The notes under the pieces are model-generated. The model saw only the letters and a program-made list of their open reading frames with translations, had not been told where the DNA came from and searched no databases. A stretch of 64,000 nucleotides of DNA from Lingula anatina (Eukaryota; Animalia; Brachiopoda), in contig CM120642.1 of NCBI GenBank assembly GCA_051362555.1, forward strand, positions 10,850,001 to 10,914,000, read 5' to 3'. How positions within the stretch are numbered: the stretch's first letter is position 1; each line of letters starts with the position of its first letter. The translations under genes and the position numbers were made by a program. Shown piece by piece: positions 13,052 through 26,583 of the stretch.

Positions 13052-13939
13052 ATGGAGAGCACGGGACCAAGTCTTCAAGTCATGAGGTATTTATTATGGT
13101 TATTGAGATCGTGAATATCTAAAATTATGTTAACTTGATGAGGTTTTGACGTGTTTCATATTCACCAAGTCTATTTAAATTATTTGTTCGATTTATCCAT
13201 AACACTTAAGGCTTAATCAGAACATCACAACAGTGGAAAATAATAATTCAATAGACTCCGCTGTCAAGCAAGATAAATGGCTCAGAGAAACTGAAGGTAA
13301 AATAAAAATAAGAGATGCCTGTGTTTGCATTTTGTGTTTTCAATACTGTTGAAAAATGTATTATGAAAAATGGCATATTGGGGGCATTATTATTATGAAG
13401 CATTTGATTTTTAGTTTTGCAAATACACTGATGAATTATAAATGAATATATGAAATATTTTCTTCCTCATATTGTTGTGATGACATTTTTTCAGTAATGA
13501 AGAGTCCAGTTGGCGAGTGTTCAAGACTTTGCTTACATTTACAATAATGATGATCACCCTCCCAGTTGGGATGTACTTTGTCAGCAAAAACATGGTGTTT
13601 GAAGGCAAGTTATTTAAACCTTATTGTAGAATATTCAATAACATCTTAAAACAGTAGTGTAAGTGGTAAAGATATATATATATATAATCAAGTGCATTGT
13701 CTTCAAGGAAAAGGGGCAAAAATTGCTCATTAAAAAGTTTGTTATTTAAGATGATGATAATTCATGTTTATAATTTCAATTTTACCTTAGGTATGCTGGG
13801 TGTGGAGACCAGCCGTGCCCTTATCTATTCTGCAGGGGTGGCAGTTTTGATGGTGCATATAATATTAGGATTATTCATATATGTTGCATGGACAGAAGGA
13901 GGGAAACCTCCACAAGAAAGGGAATACAAATTGGATTAA
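13052..13939 (+). CDS. VMA21: Vacuolar ATPase assembly integral membrane protein VMA21, 3 exons
   Basis: Exons 13052-13086, 13495-13604, 13791-13939: MESTGPSLQVMSNEESSWRVFKTLLTFTIMMITLPVGMYFVSKNMVFEGMLGVETSRALIYSAGVAVLMVHIILGLFIYVAWTEGG...KLD. Two TM helices and VMA21 signature segments. Intron 2 needs a GC donor. Confidence 0.92.
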
Positions 13940-15814
13940 CTGAAGATGCAGTCTTCTCATAGTCCACGCATTGGAAATTACCATATATCATGTATATAAT
14001 AAATCAACTGTCATTATGCATGTATATAAAGTACAGACAGCTAATATTATATATTGAGACTGAAATGTTAAACTTGGGGAACCAGGGATTATGGTGTCAC
14101 ATGGGAGTTGAATGGATGTGGTAAACCTGTGTATTGTGAACCTGTTGTGGTGTCAGTTTAGACGTTGTTAACATTAGGAAAAGAACAGCTAATGATGCGA
14201 TAAAAAGAGCAGAGATGTTTTTTTTAATGTTACAGTATAGCATTGACATTGTAAGTGTAACAAAATTTTATGCAACAAGGGTTCAAAACAAGTGCTGGAA
14301 CAATGTATCTAAACTGTAACTGACTCTTTAAAGTTTAAAATCAGCACTGGTATAAGCTGCTCACTTGACAAGCTGTGTGGACTGAAAAGTTGCATTGACA
14401 CTGTCAGCAGAATTTTTCTGGTGATCTACCAGAACTTTCATTATCTCAAAAAAGTTGTCATTGTGGTATGCTCAGGTTTCTTTCCCATGTCTTGTAGATA
14501 ATGTTTCGTCTTTATACAAAAGATACTTTTACTGGATGAAGCACATTGATTTTCTGAAATGTTTATGCAGTGTGTTGCAGCGCTTTATGTTAAATACATG
14601 TACAGTGTGTATATACTAAATAGAAATGTCAGGTGAATGTTTTCGGGGATACAATAGAATGCAATTTGTTCTCTCAGCTTTGACACATACAAAATACTTG
14701 CCCATTCAGGACATGCGCTTTCATTTTATTTATTTTTTTTTGCAACACCAAGCACACTGGACTTAAATCCCATGCCATTAGCAAGATGTCAGATATTATT
14801 TACCATGCAAACTATTGATGGAAAGTATGTGCATGTTCTCATGTTTTCTTGTAATGTTCAAATACTAATATGAATTGATATAAATTGGAAAGAACATTTC
14901 AGGATGTCATGGAACTTTTTATTTGTATTTGCTCTGAATAAATGTGGCAATACATTCTTAATGTTTTATTAACTTCTAACTTAAAAAAAAAAAAAGAAAA
15001 AAAAAAACTTGCACAAAATTTAATTAAGAGGGGAAAGTTTTACAATACATACAAGATACCTTGGCACAGAGAGAATAACCAAAGCATGGTTTTGCAGAAA
15101 AAAAGGAAGTTCTTATAACAAATTCATACATTAAACAAACTTATAATCAAATTGTACAACAAATGGATGTCAACTTTTTCACATTTGCTGCTACGATTTC
15201 ATCTACATTGCACCCCAATTACAACCTGAACTAAGTGAAATTTGTTTTGTTCATCTAATTTAGCACCACTTTTTGTATCAACATTACACTTTTTAACAAC
15301 TATAGTTAAGTTATAAAGTTGCTTTCTTTTAAAAAAGAAATTTGTCCTGACCAGATAATGGAAGATAATGCATACAAAAACCATCTGTCCCGAGTACACA
15401 CATGACCTTTAGTGAACACTGTACGGATATAAAATTGGCAGTCAGTACTACAGTAACTCATAACAAAACATATACAATTTGCAGTGAAATAACAGGTCAT
15501 GATTTCACGGAGTTTCTTTTTTCATTTGGAGAAGTCAAAAAGTTATAAGAAAAATGCATTATATAAAGAATTGATTGTCAGAGTAAGTAAGTGTCGGTTC
15601 CAAATCATTTTTTAATTTAAAAATAATTCAAGAACAAATAACAGCCTCTTACAGAATAGAAATACTTGCAATTTGGCAATTTCTGTAACTAAAGAGACAT
15701 CTGCTATGACCTCTCTAGAATGCCAATTGAGCCATGACACTGGCACTATATTCTTGCACCATTTTTTTTCATTCCTGTGTTTAACAGTATAATTGTGATC
15801 TCCATAGTCAAAGT

Positions 15815-18800
15815 TCACAGTCTTCTTGTCCCATGATTTACGACTCTATCGTAGCCCAGTTTGCTGTCCCAGACTAACTCCCCTCCTATGTATGTAGCCT
15901 AAAATTAATAAAAGATGCATGTTAGGTTACACATATTATGGCACACATAATTCTTTTAGGCAATAGGCTTCAAATTCAATTTTACTTTTCTCCTGTAACT
16001 CGGTCCTCTTCTATACAACTTTAAATATGAAGGCATATGGAGTATTTTATTTGTTATATCAAAACAAATAGTTTTGTGTTTGACAAACAGTTTTTCAAAC
16101 TTAAATATACTGGCTGTAATATACAGTGACATTTAGGGGCATGGCCTTATACTTCAACTTGAATCGAGTTCAAATGTGACCTACAAAAATGCTTTCAGAT
16201 ATATTTTAAACTGAAGGGGTAATAAGTAAATTCTGTTGTACAAAAAGGGAAAACTATCAAAACCAAATAAAAATTGCTTTAATAAAGTATGAAAAAATAT
16301 TCTCAATGCCTTCAAAAAACTATCAAATATATGCACTCATTTTCTGGGGAAATTGGCAAAAGTGAGGGGTGGGTCAACCCACCCAAAAATTTCATTAAAA
16401 TCCTAGTTTAAATCATACCAGTAAGTTCAGGCTGTCGTCAAGCATCACAAAGTCGGCATCAGTGCCATAATCAAGTGAGCCCTTTCTGTCCGTGATCTTC
16501 AGAAGTCTGGCTGGATGTAGAGAGGCAGACTCCAATGCATCCACCATAGTGCACTCTGTAGCTTCATAGAAGTACTTCACACACTGGTTCATAGTGGCTA
16601 TGCTGGAACATGCAGATTTTGGTGATTACTGTATGTCAAAGTGGGTGGGAAGAAACACAGGATGGTAGGAATAATCTCTTTTTGACATTCTGTTAAATTA
16701 TAAATCTAAAAGTCATTTATTTTAAGGCTTTGCTAGAAAAACTAATAAAAGTTTACTCCTTTTCACCAATTTAGTGCTTAATATTTAAACCAAACAATTT
16801 AAGTGTTCCACATATGAAGGGGAATATATGTCAGGATGAGGCTTTAAATGGGGTATTTACGGCTTAGTTATAGGTTTTGAAGTAAGGGTTATATTCAAAG
16901 CATTAGTCACAAAATCAAAGTGAACAAAGTGCAACACTTGTAGCTTTTCCTTAAATTCTGTTACTAGTAAATATTGAGCTTTTCAGGACTACTAAACAAG
17001 CAAAAAAAAAAAAAAAAAAAAAACTTCCGAGATATTATTTTGTTAGTAACCATCAAACAAGTGCCTTAGTCTACAGCAAAACTCAGAAATATATGTCAGG
17101 GTAATAACTCTGATTTGGAAATTCTATCAGTTGCGGCATCTTCTATCAGTTGGAGTCTTTGCCTGATGAATTTACAAAACTGCAGTTGCCACCATGACAT
17201 ATATACATCTGTATACAGACAGTACACACACAAATTTAACTTAAAGAGGAAAACAATACCGCAATGCTAAATAACATAAAACTTGTACTAGGATAGTATG
17301 ACTATGGCAGGGATGTATATTGCAAATCACAAAGCATGCAGGTTATATTTTTCTCAGGCCACTTCAATTCTTGTTCCAAGTATGTCAGACTGTGCCTTCA
17401 GAACTTACAACTATTTTGATGCAATATGCTTATGATTTAAGGCTATGATAGCAAATACTTGCCAAAGAAGTATTTCAATATTTTCTTACTTAGTCCCAAA
17501 AGAAGTGTCAGATTTAGTGGTTGGGCTTACTGATTTCTTGAAAAATGCTTTAACTAACTCTTCATTCAAGAGGATTATTGGTCAAAAAAGCTACCGTAGG
17601 AGTGTCAAATTAGGTCAAGGGTGCCAACATGATGGATATATCTGCTTTTGCTGTGTGCTATAGTCTCTCACCTCCCACACAGTGTATCTGTGCCTGCAAT
17701 GAGAGCTCTTTTATCCTGGATTTCAATCATTTGTGTTCCAGTGCGATGTGTACCACTGGGCAGTCCCATTGCAGCTACAGCATCTGTAACCAACACTGAG
17801 CCTGCAACAGGGAAAGCAGGAACTGAGACAGGGGAAGCAGGGCACCCTATCTTAAAGGAACCCCAGTAGAAAGTTGGTCATAACCTAAAGACCCAAATTT
17901 TTTTTTCTATTTCAACCCAGGATAAAACTGTTGTAGTCCATTGTTATACAGTATTAGTTCTTTTAACTTTTTTTGCAAAACAGGGGCGGTATCTCTAACA
18001 CCCCATTTCTATGGATTTTTAGATCAATCTATCCCTGTGGGGAGTCTCACTAGATTACTGTCAGCTTGGCCGGCTTAAGCATCTATCCCGCCTATTAAAA
18101 GCTGTAAGGGGGTAATTAACTATGGTTACCGCTCGGCTGACTGCAATTTAGCGTGAACCCCCAGGGAGTTAGGTCGATCTAAATCTTAATCTCTAGATCG
18201 ATCTAAATCTCAGGGAAAGCACCCTAAGTGGAATACTACTTCACTTATCTTGGGTCAAAATATTCTAGAGTTTTCGGTCTTTATGTTAAAACCAACTTTC
18301 AAAGTATTTAAGTTCTTTAGTGAAACTTATATATAGGTTCACTCCACTATGATAAATTTTAGCCACATGCTTAACACATTTTTATTTCAAATTGTTTGAA
18401 AATGAAAAACTATTAACTAATTTTTGCCAAAATGTTCACGAGCTCAAAATTTTGAACCCAACACTTACAGGAGCGGATTGAGGATGTCTTCTGGGTCTTC
18501 CAGAAGACGATCAGATTTTCAAGTTTACATTGACGGGTACCTAATTTTTTCTGTCTGAAGACAGTCAAAATAGAGGATGGATCAACAAAGATAATTTGGA
18601 AAACTGTCAGAAAATATCTCTGGATCCGCCTCTGATTTATAATGTAAAAAATTATATCCTGGGGGAGTCAAGGGGGAGAACCAAACCAACTGTGCTACTG
18701 GTGGTGATACCACATAACTGGCAGATATAATAGCAACTCAATAATGGGAACAGTTATTAGTAATACTAGTGTCATCTATTACACCAAATTTAAGCCACAG

Positions 18801-21800
18801 CTGACACATAATGATGTACAACATCATATATTTATATGTTTTAGAAGCAAATAAACTGCACAATTTTCCCAATAAATATATCCTCAAGGAAGTTTTAGGG
18901 CAGTTTGTTTCCTCCCTCAGCAATCTTTTCAAGAACAAATGGCAGATTCATCTCCCACTCCTTACAAAATAGGCAGGAAAGGCACAGAAGAGCACAGAAT
19001 ATCCCATATACATAGCAATGCATCTTTTTAAAAATATTTCTATCACAGCTTGGCAGGGGGTGAACGGTTGGGTGGTGAGGGAGGAAAAAAAATGCCCCCA
19101 CCCCTTTCTGGAAATCCTGATCTGCCTCTGCCCATGGGGATAAGGGGTGGTGTGTAGCACATGAAAAGCATGCATGGGAATTTTGGAATGCAAAACTAAT
19201 GCAAAAACTGAAATAAAATATCTACAGCACACTGAAATACTGGTCTGCATCAATGTTCACAAAAAAGAAAATTGAATTCTGCAAAAACATAAAAGCATAT
19301 GTTAGTAAATTAGTTCTAGCAATGCACAAGCACAAAAGCCAAACCTACGAGTCAACAATACAGTGGAAATGTCAGTACATGATAAGTACCAGTTTTTAGC
19401 TTCATCTCTCAGCAAAAATATCCAATTCAAAAGTAGATTCAACTTTGCGACATGCCACATACTTCACAACATACCTGACTAAGATCAACATATAAGCTAC
19501 TCATCAATTTCCATGGATGACAATTACACAATTACATGCAGTCACCAAACTATTTTTCTCATTCAAAAACATTCAAATTGCCAATTGTGATGCCAAGTTG
19601 TATGCAATGAAATATTTTACCAAACTGGTGAAAAACTGAAATAATATTTTGCTATGGCTGCCAGCAAAGTATATATGCTTGATTATTCTTGCAGGTTGAA
19701 GCTCAAGCGTTTATCTGACAATATCCATGTGAACCTAAGTGAGCAACAAGCAAAGAAATGCTGCTGGCTGCTTCTGATCTGACTACCTCCCACATAGTGT
19801 TTCTGTCCCAGCAATCATTGCCTTTTTATTCCTGATCTCTATGAGTTGTGGACCTATTTGGTGCTGGCCACTGGGGAAACCCATGGCTGCAATTGCATCT
19901 GTTACAAGAACTAAACCTGTAATGTGAATATTGTCATTCTTTATTAGCACTTTATACACCTGGTCCAGCTTGGTCTTAGGTCTCTCAATTGTACTGGGTT
20001 AAAATTAGAACATACATGAATGAGGCAGTTATCTTCAAATTCAGATACAGTAAATACATTGTTTTCTAATTTTCCTTTAAAATAAAAACCTGTCTTATGA
20101 AGTACAAAGCAATAATTTTCTTGTTCATTTTAACTTACTAACATTGGGCCACACCTTGTATTATGACAAGCTCCATCAGTACAATCAATTATGACATGCT
20201 GTCAACAGTCACATTTGGCATACTGCCCCTTTTCAGTTTCACCCAAACTATGCACCTCTGGGGCATGTAACAGTTATGTTGTGAGAAAAGTCACATCCAA
20301 AATACTGCACCTTTGGTGTGTGCCATATTGTGAAATATATCACCCCTACCACATACTAACTGTACCTTTGGCATGTGTCCTGTGAGCTATTCTTTCTGCA
20401 CAGGGGTTAGTATGAATCCCATCAGATATGATACCATAATAAATTATCCTCAAGTCAGGAGGATGCTTATAACTGGCCAATAATCCTACCAGGTGGGGAT
20501 CTCTGTGATGAAACTAAAACATTGAAATTACAATGGCTATAATATATTATTTTTTACTAATTTAAGACAGGAAAGAATTGCACTCTAATTTTATTACATT
20601 CATTAGTATATATCATAATTATACTGTTATCTATTTATAAGTTATATTATCCTCTGACAAACACAAGGTTTTTTTCACTTACAGGCAACATAGCATTGAA
20701 CAAATGAGTAATGAAGGAAGCTCCATGTTTTACAGCCTCCTCTCCTTGAGACAAACTGGCCATGGAGTGACCTGAAATATGATAAACACAACTACAAACT
20801 TATTCAAATCTGGGATATAACACATATACATATCTTAACATAAGATGACATTATGTAATTTATGTCAGTTGACACAGATATAATGTCCTTCTTGACAGGT
20901 GACAGTTCTGCAATTTATTTGGTATAATGGCATCATTGCTCCCTGAAACACCTATAGCTGGAGAGAAATATTTGAATATGGCAGTGATAGTATTTTCTGC
21001 CCTTTTTTCTCTCTTTCTCTCTTCTTCACCAATAAATTCGAAGGTATTTTTAGATGATATGTCCTTCTTGACAGGTGACAGTTCCGCAATTATTTGACAA
21101 AGTGGCACCATTGTTCTCTGAAACACCTTCATATCACATTTTATGTACGTTTTATATTGAATTCAGAATCGGTAATTTATAAATCATAATCAGATCTTCA
21201 AAAATCAACCTTTAGCCATTTTGTTTTACAAAACCCATTCTGTTTGGATGAAATATTGATGACAGACCAGAACTGCAATAAACTGAAAGACACCCACCTA
21301 ATGAAACCACCACTCCTCTATCAACAAATTCTCTGATAACATCAAGGCTCCTTGGGAGCTCTGGAGCTAAGGTAACAATTCTTACTGAACTGATGTCATG
21401 GTACATGTCCAACACATCACTGAAACCATTGTCATAGGTGGCCATGTTCTCCAGCAGATGTGCACCACGTTTTTCTTTACTTATAAAGGGACCTTCTACA
21501 TGAACGCCTGAAACAAAACTGAAAACTTTATTGAAACATGTCATTATTAGCACCCTTGCCTATAGTGATATATATCAAGTAGGGTATCATAATTCACACA
21601 GTGCACTCTTCACAAAGGATGTATCTTTAATGAAATTATTTTCACATTTTTAATGGAGATCCTATCACAATAATTATTCAAAGAGTGTAGCCTTACCTAA
21701 TATCTCTGCTCCATCTCTGCCGCCAGCTTTTATTTTGATTTTTGGCAATACCTACAATAATCAAGTTTTTAAATCAATATATTATTTCTCAAATACACGT

Positions 21801-23250
21801 CTTCCTTTCTACCTTAAAGGCTTAGACTTTAGGGCTAATTTTTTGAGTGTCACAATAAGGCAGCTTAATATATATATATATATCTATGAATGGCCATTGT
21901 CAGACTAATTTTAAATATGCCATGCTTGGAACAGTAATGATATGTAAGATCTGATAAGGGATTTCAGTTGTGATTCAGAAAATGTCTTTCTACAGTGTTT
22001 TGAATGAATAAATAAAACAAAGTGGGCATTTGGGATGAGGGTAATTCACAGGTATATTTAAAATGTGATCAAAATCTTAACACGGAGTATTTAACACCAT
22101 TGCCATTAAGTTACTGTGTCCTTATACATACTTCACAGATAACTGTTTTATTAAATTAATTTATGAAATTAACTATAAAATTAGTTTTCGGGACAATTTT
22201 ATGAAATTGTTACGGCATAGAATAAAGCAGATAAGCAGACTATAAAGCAAATCAGATAATAAGCCTTTTATTGTCACTTCAAAAGTAATCAGGTCTACTC
22301 AATACTAAGTGCAAAACTATTTGCCATCAATTTGGCTCTTTGCTTTTCTATTGACCCCATGATAATTGATAACCATAAGTTTTCAAGATCACTATAGCCT
22401 TCATAAATACATAAAGTAGGACCAAATCAGAAGCTAGTTGGGAAAAGTTTGCCACTGAAACATACACAGAATAATGCAATTTGGCAAAGGCCATGAAATG
22501 CATTTAATTTTTATCCAATTTGTCATCAATGAAAATGACTTAATCTGAGACATTTCTAAATGCACACTGCTGTGGTTAACTGGTATCATCTCACCTTTTT
22601 ATAGACCTCCTTTGAACTGCTGATGATGGTTGGACAAAAGGATGTGCAGCCATGTTGGAGAATCCCTTTGGCTACTTTCTGTACTCCTCCTTCTATGTCA
22701 TCAAAGTTGGAAGAGAAGTCAATGCCAAAACCGCCTGCAGACAAAAGCATACTGTATAACATGACAATATAAACAGCATCAATAACTTCTGTTTATAGCC
22801 AATTTTCTTATTTATTTATTTATTTACTCAATTTCAAGTGTTATCTTAATCCAATTTATCATATTTCAAAATCCAGTAGTTAAAGGTGAGAGGAGTGCAG
22901 TTTTTTTTAAGTAAATTACTTTCCACTGTTTTGTCACTGTGCCTGTGTGTGTGTGCGTGTACTTCTGACTTGGCCTATAATTTTTTTGCAAAGTTAACAT
23001 TTAAAGATACATGTACCAGTATAAACTTACCATTAATTTGGACATCAATGAATCCAGGTGCAATGATGGCATTTTTACAATCAACTTGAAAGTCTGCATA
23101 ACCCTTTTCTACATAAAACAGTTTCTCAGGGTCAATGATCTTTCCATCTCGCACCCACAAATCTTCCACAAATATACTATGATTACGGAGTATTCTGCAG
23201 TTTTTGAACTGGAATATGTGTCCATCTGATACTGTCTTATTCCCCGGCAT
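15815..23250 (-). CDS. AMDHD2: N-acetylglucosamine-6-phosphate deacetylase (NagA/AMDHD2)
   Basis: Exons ~23250-23031, ~22734-22596, ~21751-21697, ~21507-21298, ~20771-20681, ~20514-20366, [19916-19787 or 17801-17672], ~16603-16420, 15898-15815. Motifs [72 protein letters not shown]. Confidence 0.96.
17672..17801 (-). CDS. AMDHD2: AMDHD2 alternative exon 7B (130 nt)
   Basis: ctgttgcag|gctcagtgttggttacagatgct...tgtgggag|gtgaga; encodes [44 protein letters not shown]. Confidence 0.9.
17999..18227. mobile_element. ~230-bp MITE-like interspersed repeat (family A), copy in AMDHD2 intron
   Basis: Near-identical to 31163-31389 (ccccattt...gagtctcactagattactgtcagcttggccggcttaag...gatcgatctaaatctc...gaaagcaccc). 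Confidence 0.9.
18468..18634. mobile_element. ~165-bp MITE-like repeat (family B; CAGGAGCGGAT...ATCCGCCTCTG ends, hAT-like)
   Basis: Imperfect TIRs; a reverse-complement copy is at ~39161-39328. Confidence 0.75.
19787..19916 (-). CDS. AMDHD2: AMDHD2 alternative exon 7A (130 nt)
   Basis: cattacag|gtttagttcttgtaacagatgca...tgtgggag|gtagtc; encodes [44 protein letters not shown]. Confidence 0.9.
20876..21128. repeat. Interspersed repeat with ~75-bp direct repeats; middle part shared with ~41413-41524
   Basis: atgtccttcttgacaggtgacagtt...ctgaaacacct occurs twice. ggagagaaatatttgaatatggcagtgatagtattt...tttagatgatatgtc recurs in a PFAS intron. Confidence 0.8.
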
Positions 23251-23549
23251 TCTGTTCTACAAAATGTCACCACTGTTCATAATGAGGTAGCTGTTCTTTT
23301 GTAGGCAAATATCCTGGTCAATGGTATGTCTCAGAGGTAGGTGTCAATATCTCACTGTTCAGTCAGACTGTACAAAATATAAATGCTTTTGTCAATAGCT
23401 AGTATGTGTAAGAAAAAATCAATCTGACATAAAGACAATTAAGGAACCTTATAACAAAGAGTGTGTGAAAGAGAGCTTGTGGTAACGATTGTTATTATAG
23501 ACAAAAATGAATGCCTTAAGTTCTCAGCAATTAGCACTGAAACAACCAA

Positions 23550-24125
23550 AATAACGTACCGAGGTTCAACTTTCTCAGTTTTCGGTCTGAAGTGCCAGAT
23601 ATTGCGGTAAGTACATAGCATGAAACTTTGAAAGGCCGAAAATGAGGGAAAAAAAGGTTCAACAGCGATATGCATGATTTTGTACTAGTTTGTCGTAAAC
23701 AGTGTTCTTTTTTCTGCCTACATTGCTTACACAAAATATAATGATAAAGTTGAGCCATCTGAACAGTAAAAAAACAAAGATACATTTCAAATAGGGATAA
23801 TACAATCCAATGAATGGAAAAGATATTCTCACCACCATAATCAGCTGACTCCCACCAAAACAATACCACGTGATCTGGAATTTCAATATAAGCTGAACTA
23901 TGAATAGCTTTCTTTTACTTTCAAAAATATCAAGATGGCTCATGGATCCCAGTTGGAAACAAAACATCGAATTGGAAGCATTTCATCAAAATAAATCGTT
24001 GTTTTAAATAATGGTTTCTATTTAACAAACACACACATTTGACAGGTGCCCCGTGAACGGTTACATCGGTCTGTATTCGTTTTCCTTTATTGTAGCTAAG
24101 GTCATGCTGATTTTTTAGTTTACAA
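23550..24125. promoter_or_regulatory. Putative bidirectional promoter AMDHD2/CCDC169
   Basis: Divergent genes with a CpG-containing interval. Probable non-coding AMDHD2 exon donor (minus-strand gtacgt near 23557). YY1-like caagatggc at ~23931 and aaatggcg at the CCDC169 start. Confidence 0.5.
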
Positions 24126-26583
24126 ATGGCGACCGAAGTTGACGAATTTGATTTGGAGCGGCTTAGAGCCGAGATTCAACAAGAGAAGCAGATGAGGTAG
24201 GTGGAATGACTTAAATAACTTAAGGGTTTGTATGCAAAATTGCGCTTCAATCATTACTGTTTTCAGATTCTGCTTTTTGTACCCTGTGTTGATGACCCCG
24301 TAAATCATCTTTGTAACGTGTACGTGTACAATGTTAGTTGTGCATGTTTCTTGCCTCCGTTTTCGACCTTATTAGCTATGCATATACGCTGTGCTATGAG
24401 ACATATTTATTTGTTTGGCAACTTGCGTATTTTAGCAGGGTACTTGTATCAGTGAAGTTATCAGTTATAATTATAAGCAAAAAGGGGCAGCAACTATGTG
24501 CAGTGTACATGTACTACTACAGTAGTGTTACGGTCACATTATTTAATATTATTTAATACTCCGTATACAGAAAGAGCAGTGATTTGAATTCATCATTTTA
24601 CAGAGAAATGCTGGACCAATCCTCAGCAGAACTCAAACTTACTGTCCAAGAACTGGAAAAAAGGTTTGACACTATTGATGACGAAGGGAATGAGTGGAAG
24701 ACACGCTACGAGACACAGGTTGAAATGAATCAACAGCTAGAAAAACAGGTTCTGGTTTTGCAAGAGAAAGCAGATGAAGCAAGGAAAACGTTGAAAGAAG
24801 GTATTTTCCCTTTTGCTTACAGTAAGCATATATACTAATATGAGCATTTATTCAGTGAGTGTTTCAACATTTGAATTTAATTTTAGGGACAAACAAGTTA
24901 TTCACTCCTCCTTTGCCCAAATAAAATTGCATTCATTTGCCATCTCTCACTAAAAGGGACAAGCAGCTTAATATCTGAATCACAGGGATAATAAAAAATA
25001 CCCAAATCGCATCTTTTTTTTCTACAAAGGTATGGCCTGTGTTCTTTGTTTACACATCTTTGCATTTCAACTGTCCAAGACACAACTGGATATTGACAAT
25101 CTGCTACACTGATAATAATCAGGTTCAAAATCACTGAACAGCAATAGTCCTTGATCGGAAGACTGAACAATATTTAAATTGTTGAATCTCTGTATTTCAG
25201 GTAAAACGGCAAAGGATCCCAGTAGACAGGCAGTAAGCTTAAAGCAAGGGGATGATTTTAATGATGTAAGTATATAGTTTTATTACTCTTTGATCTCTGA
25301 ATGCAGTAATTAATAAAATGGTAAGGGAACATGTCATAGTGTCTGATTGACACTTTGGCCTTAAACAATGGTGCTTTTCAGTATGAGTTATAAACATGTC
25401 TAAGTGACAGAAAATGTAAATGGCTGTTTATAAATTAAAACCATTTTAGAAATAGCAGACAACTATTTTTTGGAAAAAAAATGTGTGAATGAATTAACAA
25501 CCATTATAAAAATAAATAACCTTATTGGGGTTGCAAAATACTTGGTTAAAATATGAAATATGGTGTGAAATAGTGCATGTATTTGATTTGATATTTTTCA
25601 GTGCAGAAAAAGTATAATTTGCATTTAAATATGCAAAAAATAATGCTATGCAAAATTGCCCTCTTTAGCCACAATATTTTAATAGCACTGAGTACTTTTT
25701 TGTTTCAGGCCAATCCACACACAGTAAAACAGATGGAGAGGGAGAAGCAAAGCTTGAACAGCCAACTGAGAGACCTAGAATGGAGACTGGATCAAGAATC
25801 AAAGGTATGTTCTTTCTTATATGGACTTTGATTAACTGAAATGAATACATTTTTGACAGTAGCATGATTAAACAGAAGGCATCAAACAGCGTGACAATTA
25901 AGTTTCAAAAACACTGTTTAATATTGGTTTTTAATCCAAAAACTTCTATTTAAACATCTTCATAGTAGAACCACCTTGCACACGTTTTTATATCTTTTCA
26001 TTTTTTTTAGATAATTGATTTTTTTAAGTACTTTTACATTGACAAACTATTCCTAATTTAAAAGTGATGTTAACAATTTTTCTGAGAGAAACTTTTGAAA
26101 AGTAAGTTTTGGATATCTGAAGTTTGATTATGATTTTCTTCAGGCATACCATAAAGCAAATGATGAACGCAAACAGTATGTGACAGAAATCAACATGGCT
26201 AAGTACCAGGTAGAACACATTAAGAAGGCAGGGTATAAGGAAGGGGAACAATCTCCAAGGTAAACTGGCCAGTTAAAATTTCTCTAGCTCTAAATTTTAA
26301 TCATTAAGACCATTTGCACATAACTAACTCGAACACAGTCAAAAATGACTGCAGTTGTGTTTTCCTTCACTTTAATATGTCTAGCATTTCAGTATCGTCT
26401 CATTTTTACCGCCAAATCTTTCACAGCAAGTAGCCACACTAAGGGTAGGGTAATTAACAGATAACAACCCTCTTGTTTTGCAGGAACATCCCATCAGACC
26501 GCAGAATACTAGATCCACAGAAAGGGCCCATCAAGAAAACTGCTGCTGTCAAAAGTTTGCCTAAGTTAGACAGTGAGCAGTGA
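24126..26583 (+). CDS. CCDC169: Coiled-coil domain-containing protein 169, 6 exons
   Basis: Exons 24126-24196, 24604-24800, 25201-25265, ~25709-25804, ~26144-26259, ~26484-26583. Signature EGNEWKTRYETQVEMNQQLEKQ, RLDQESKAYHKANDERKQY, KGPIKKTAAVKSLPKL. Confidence 0.9.
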
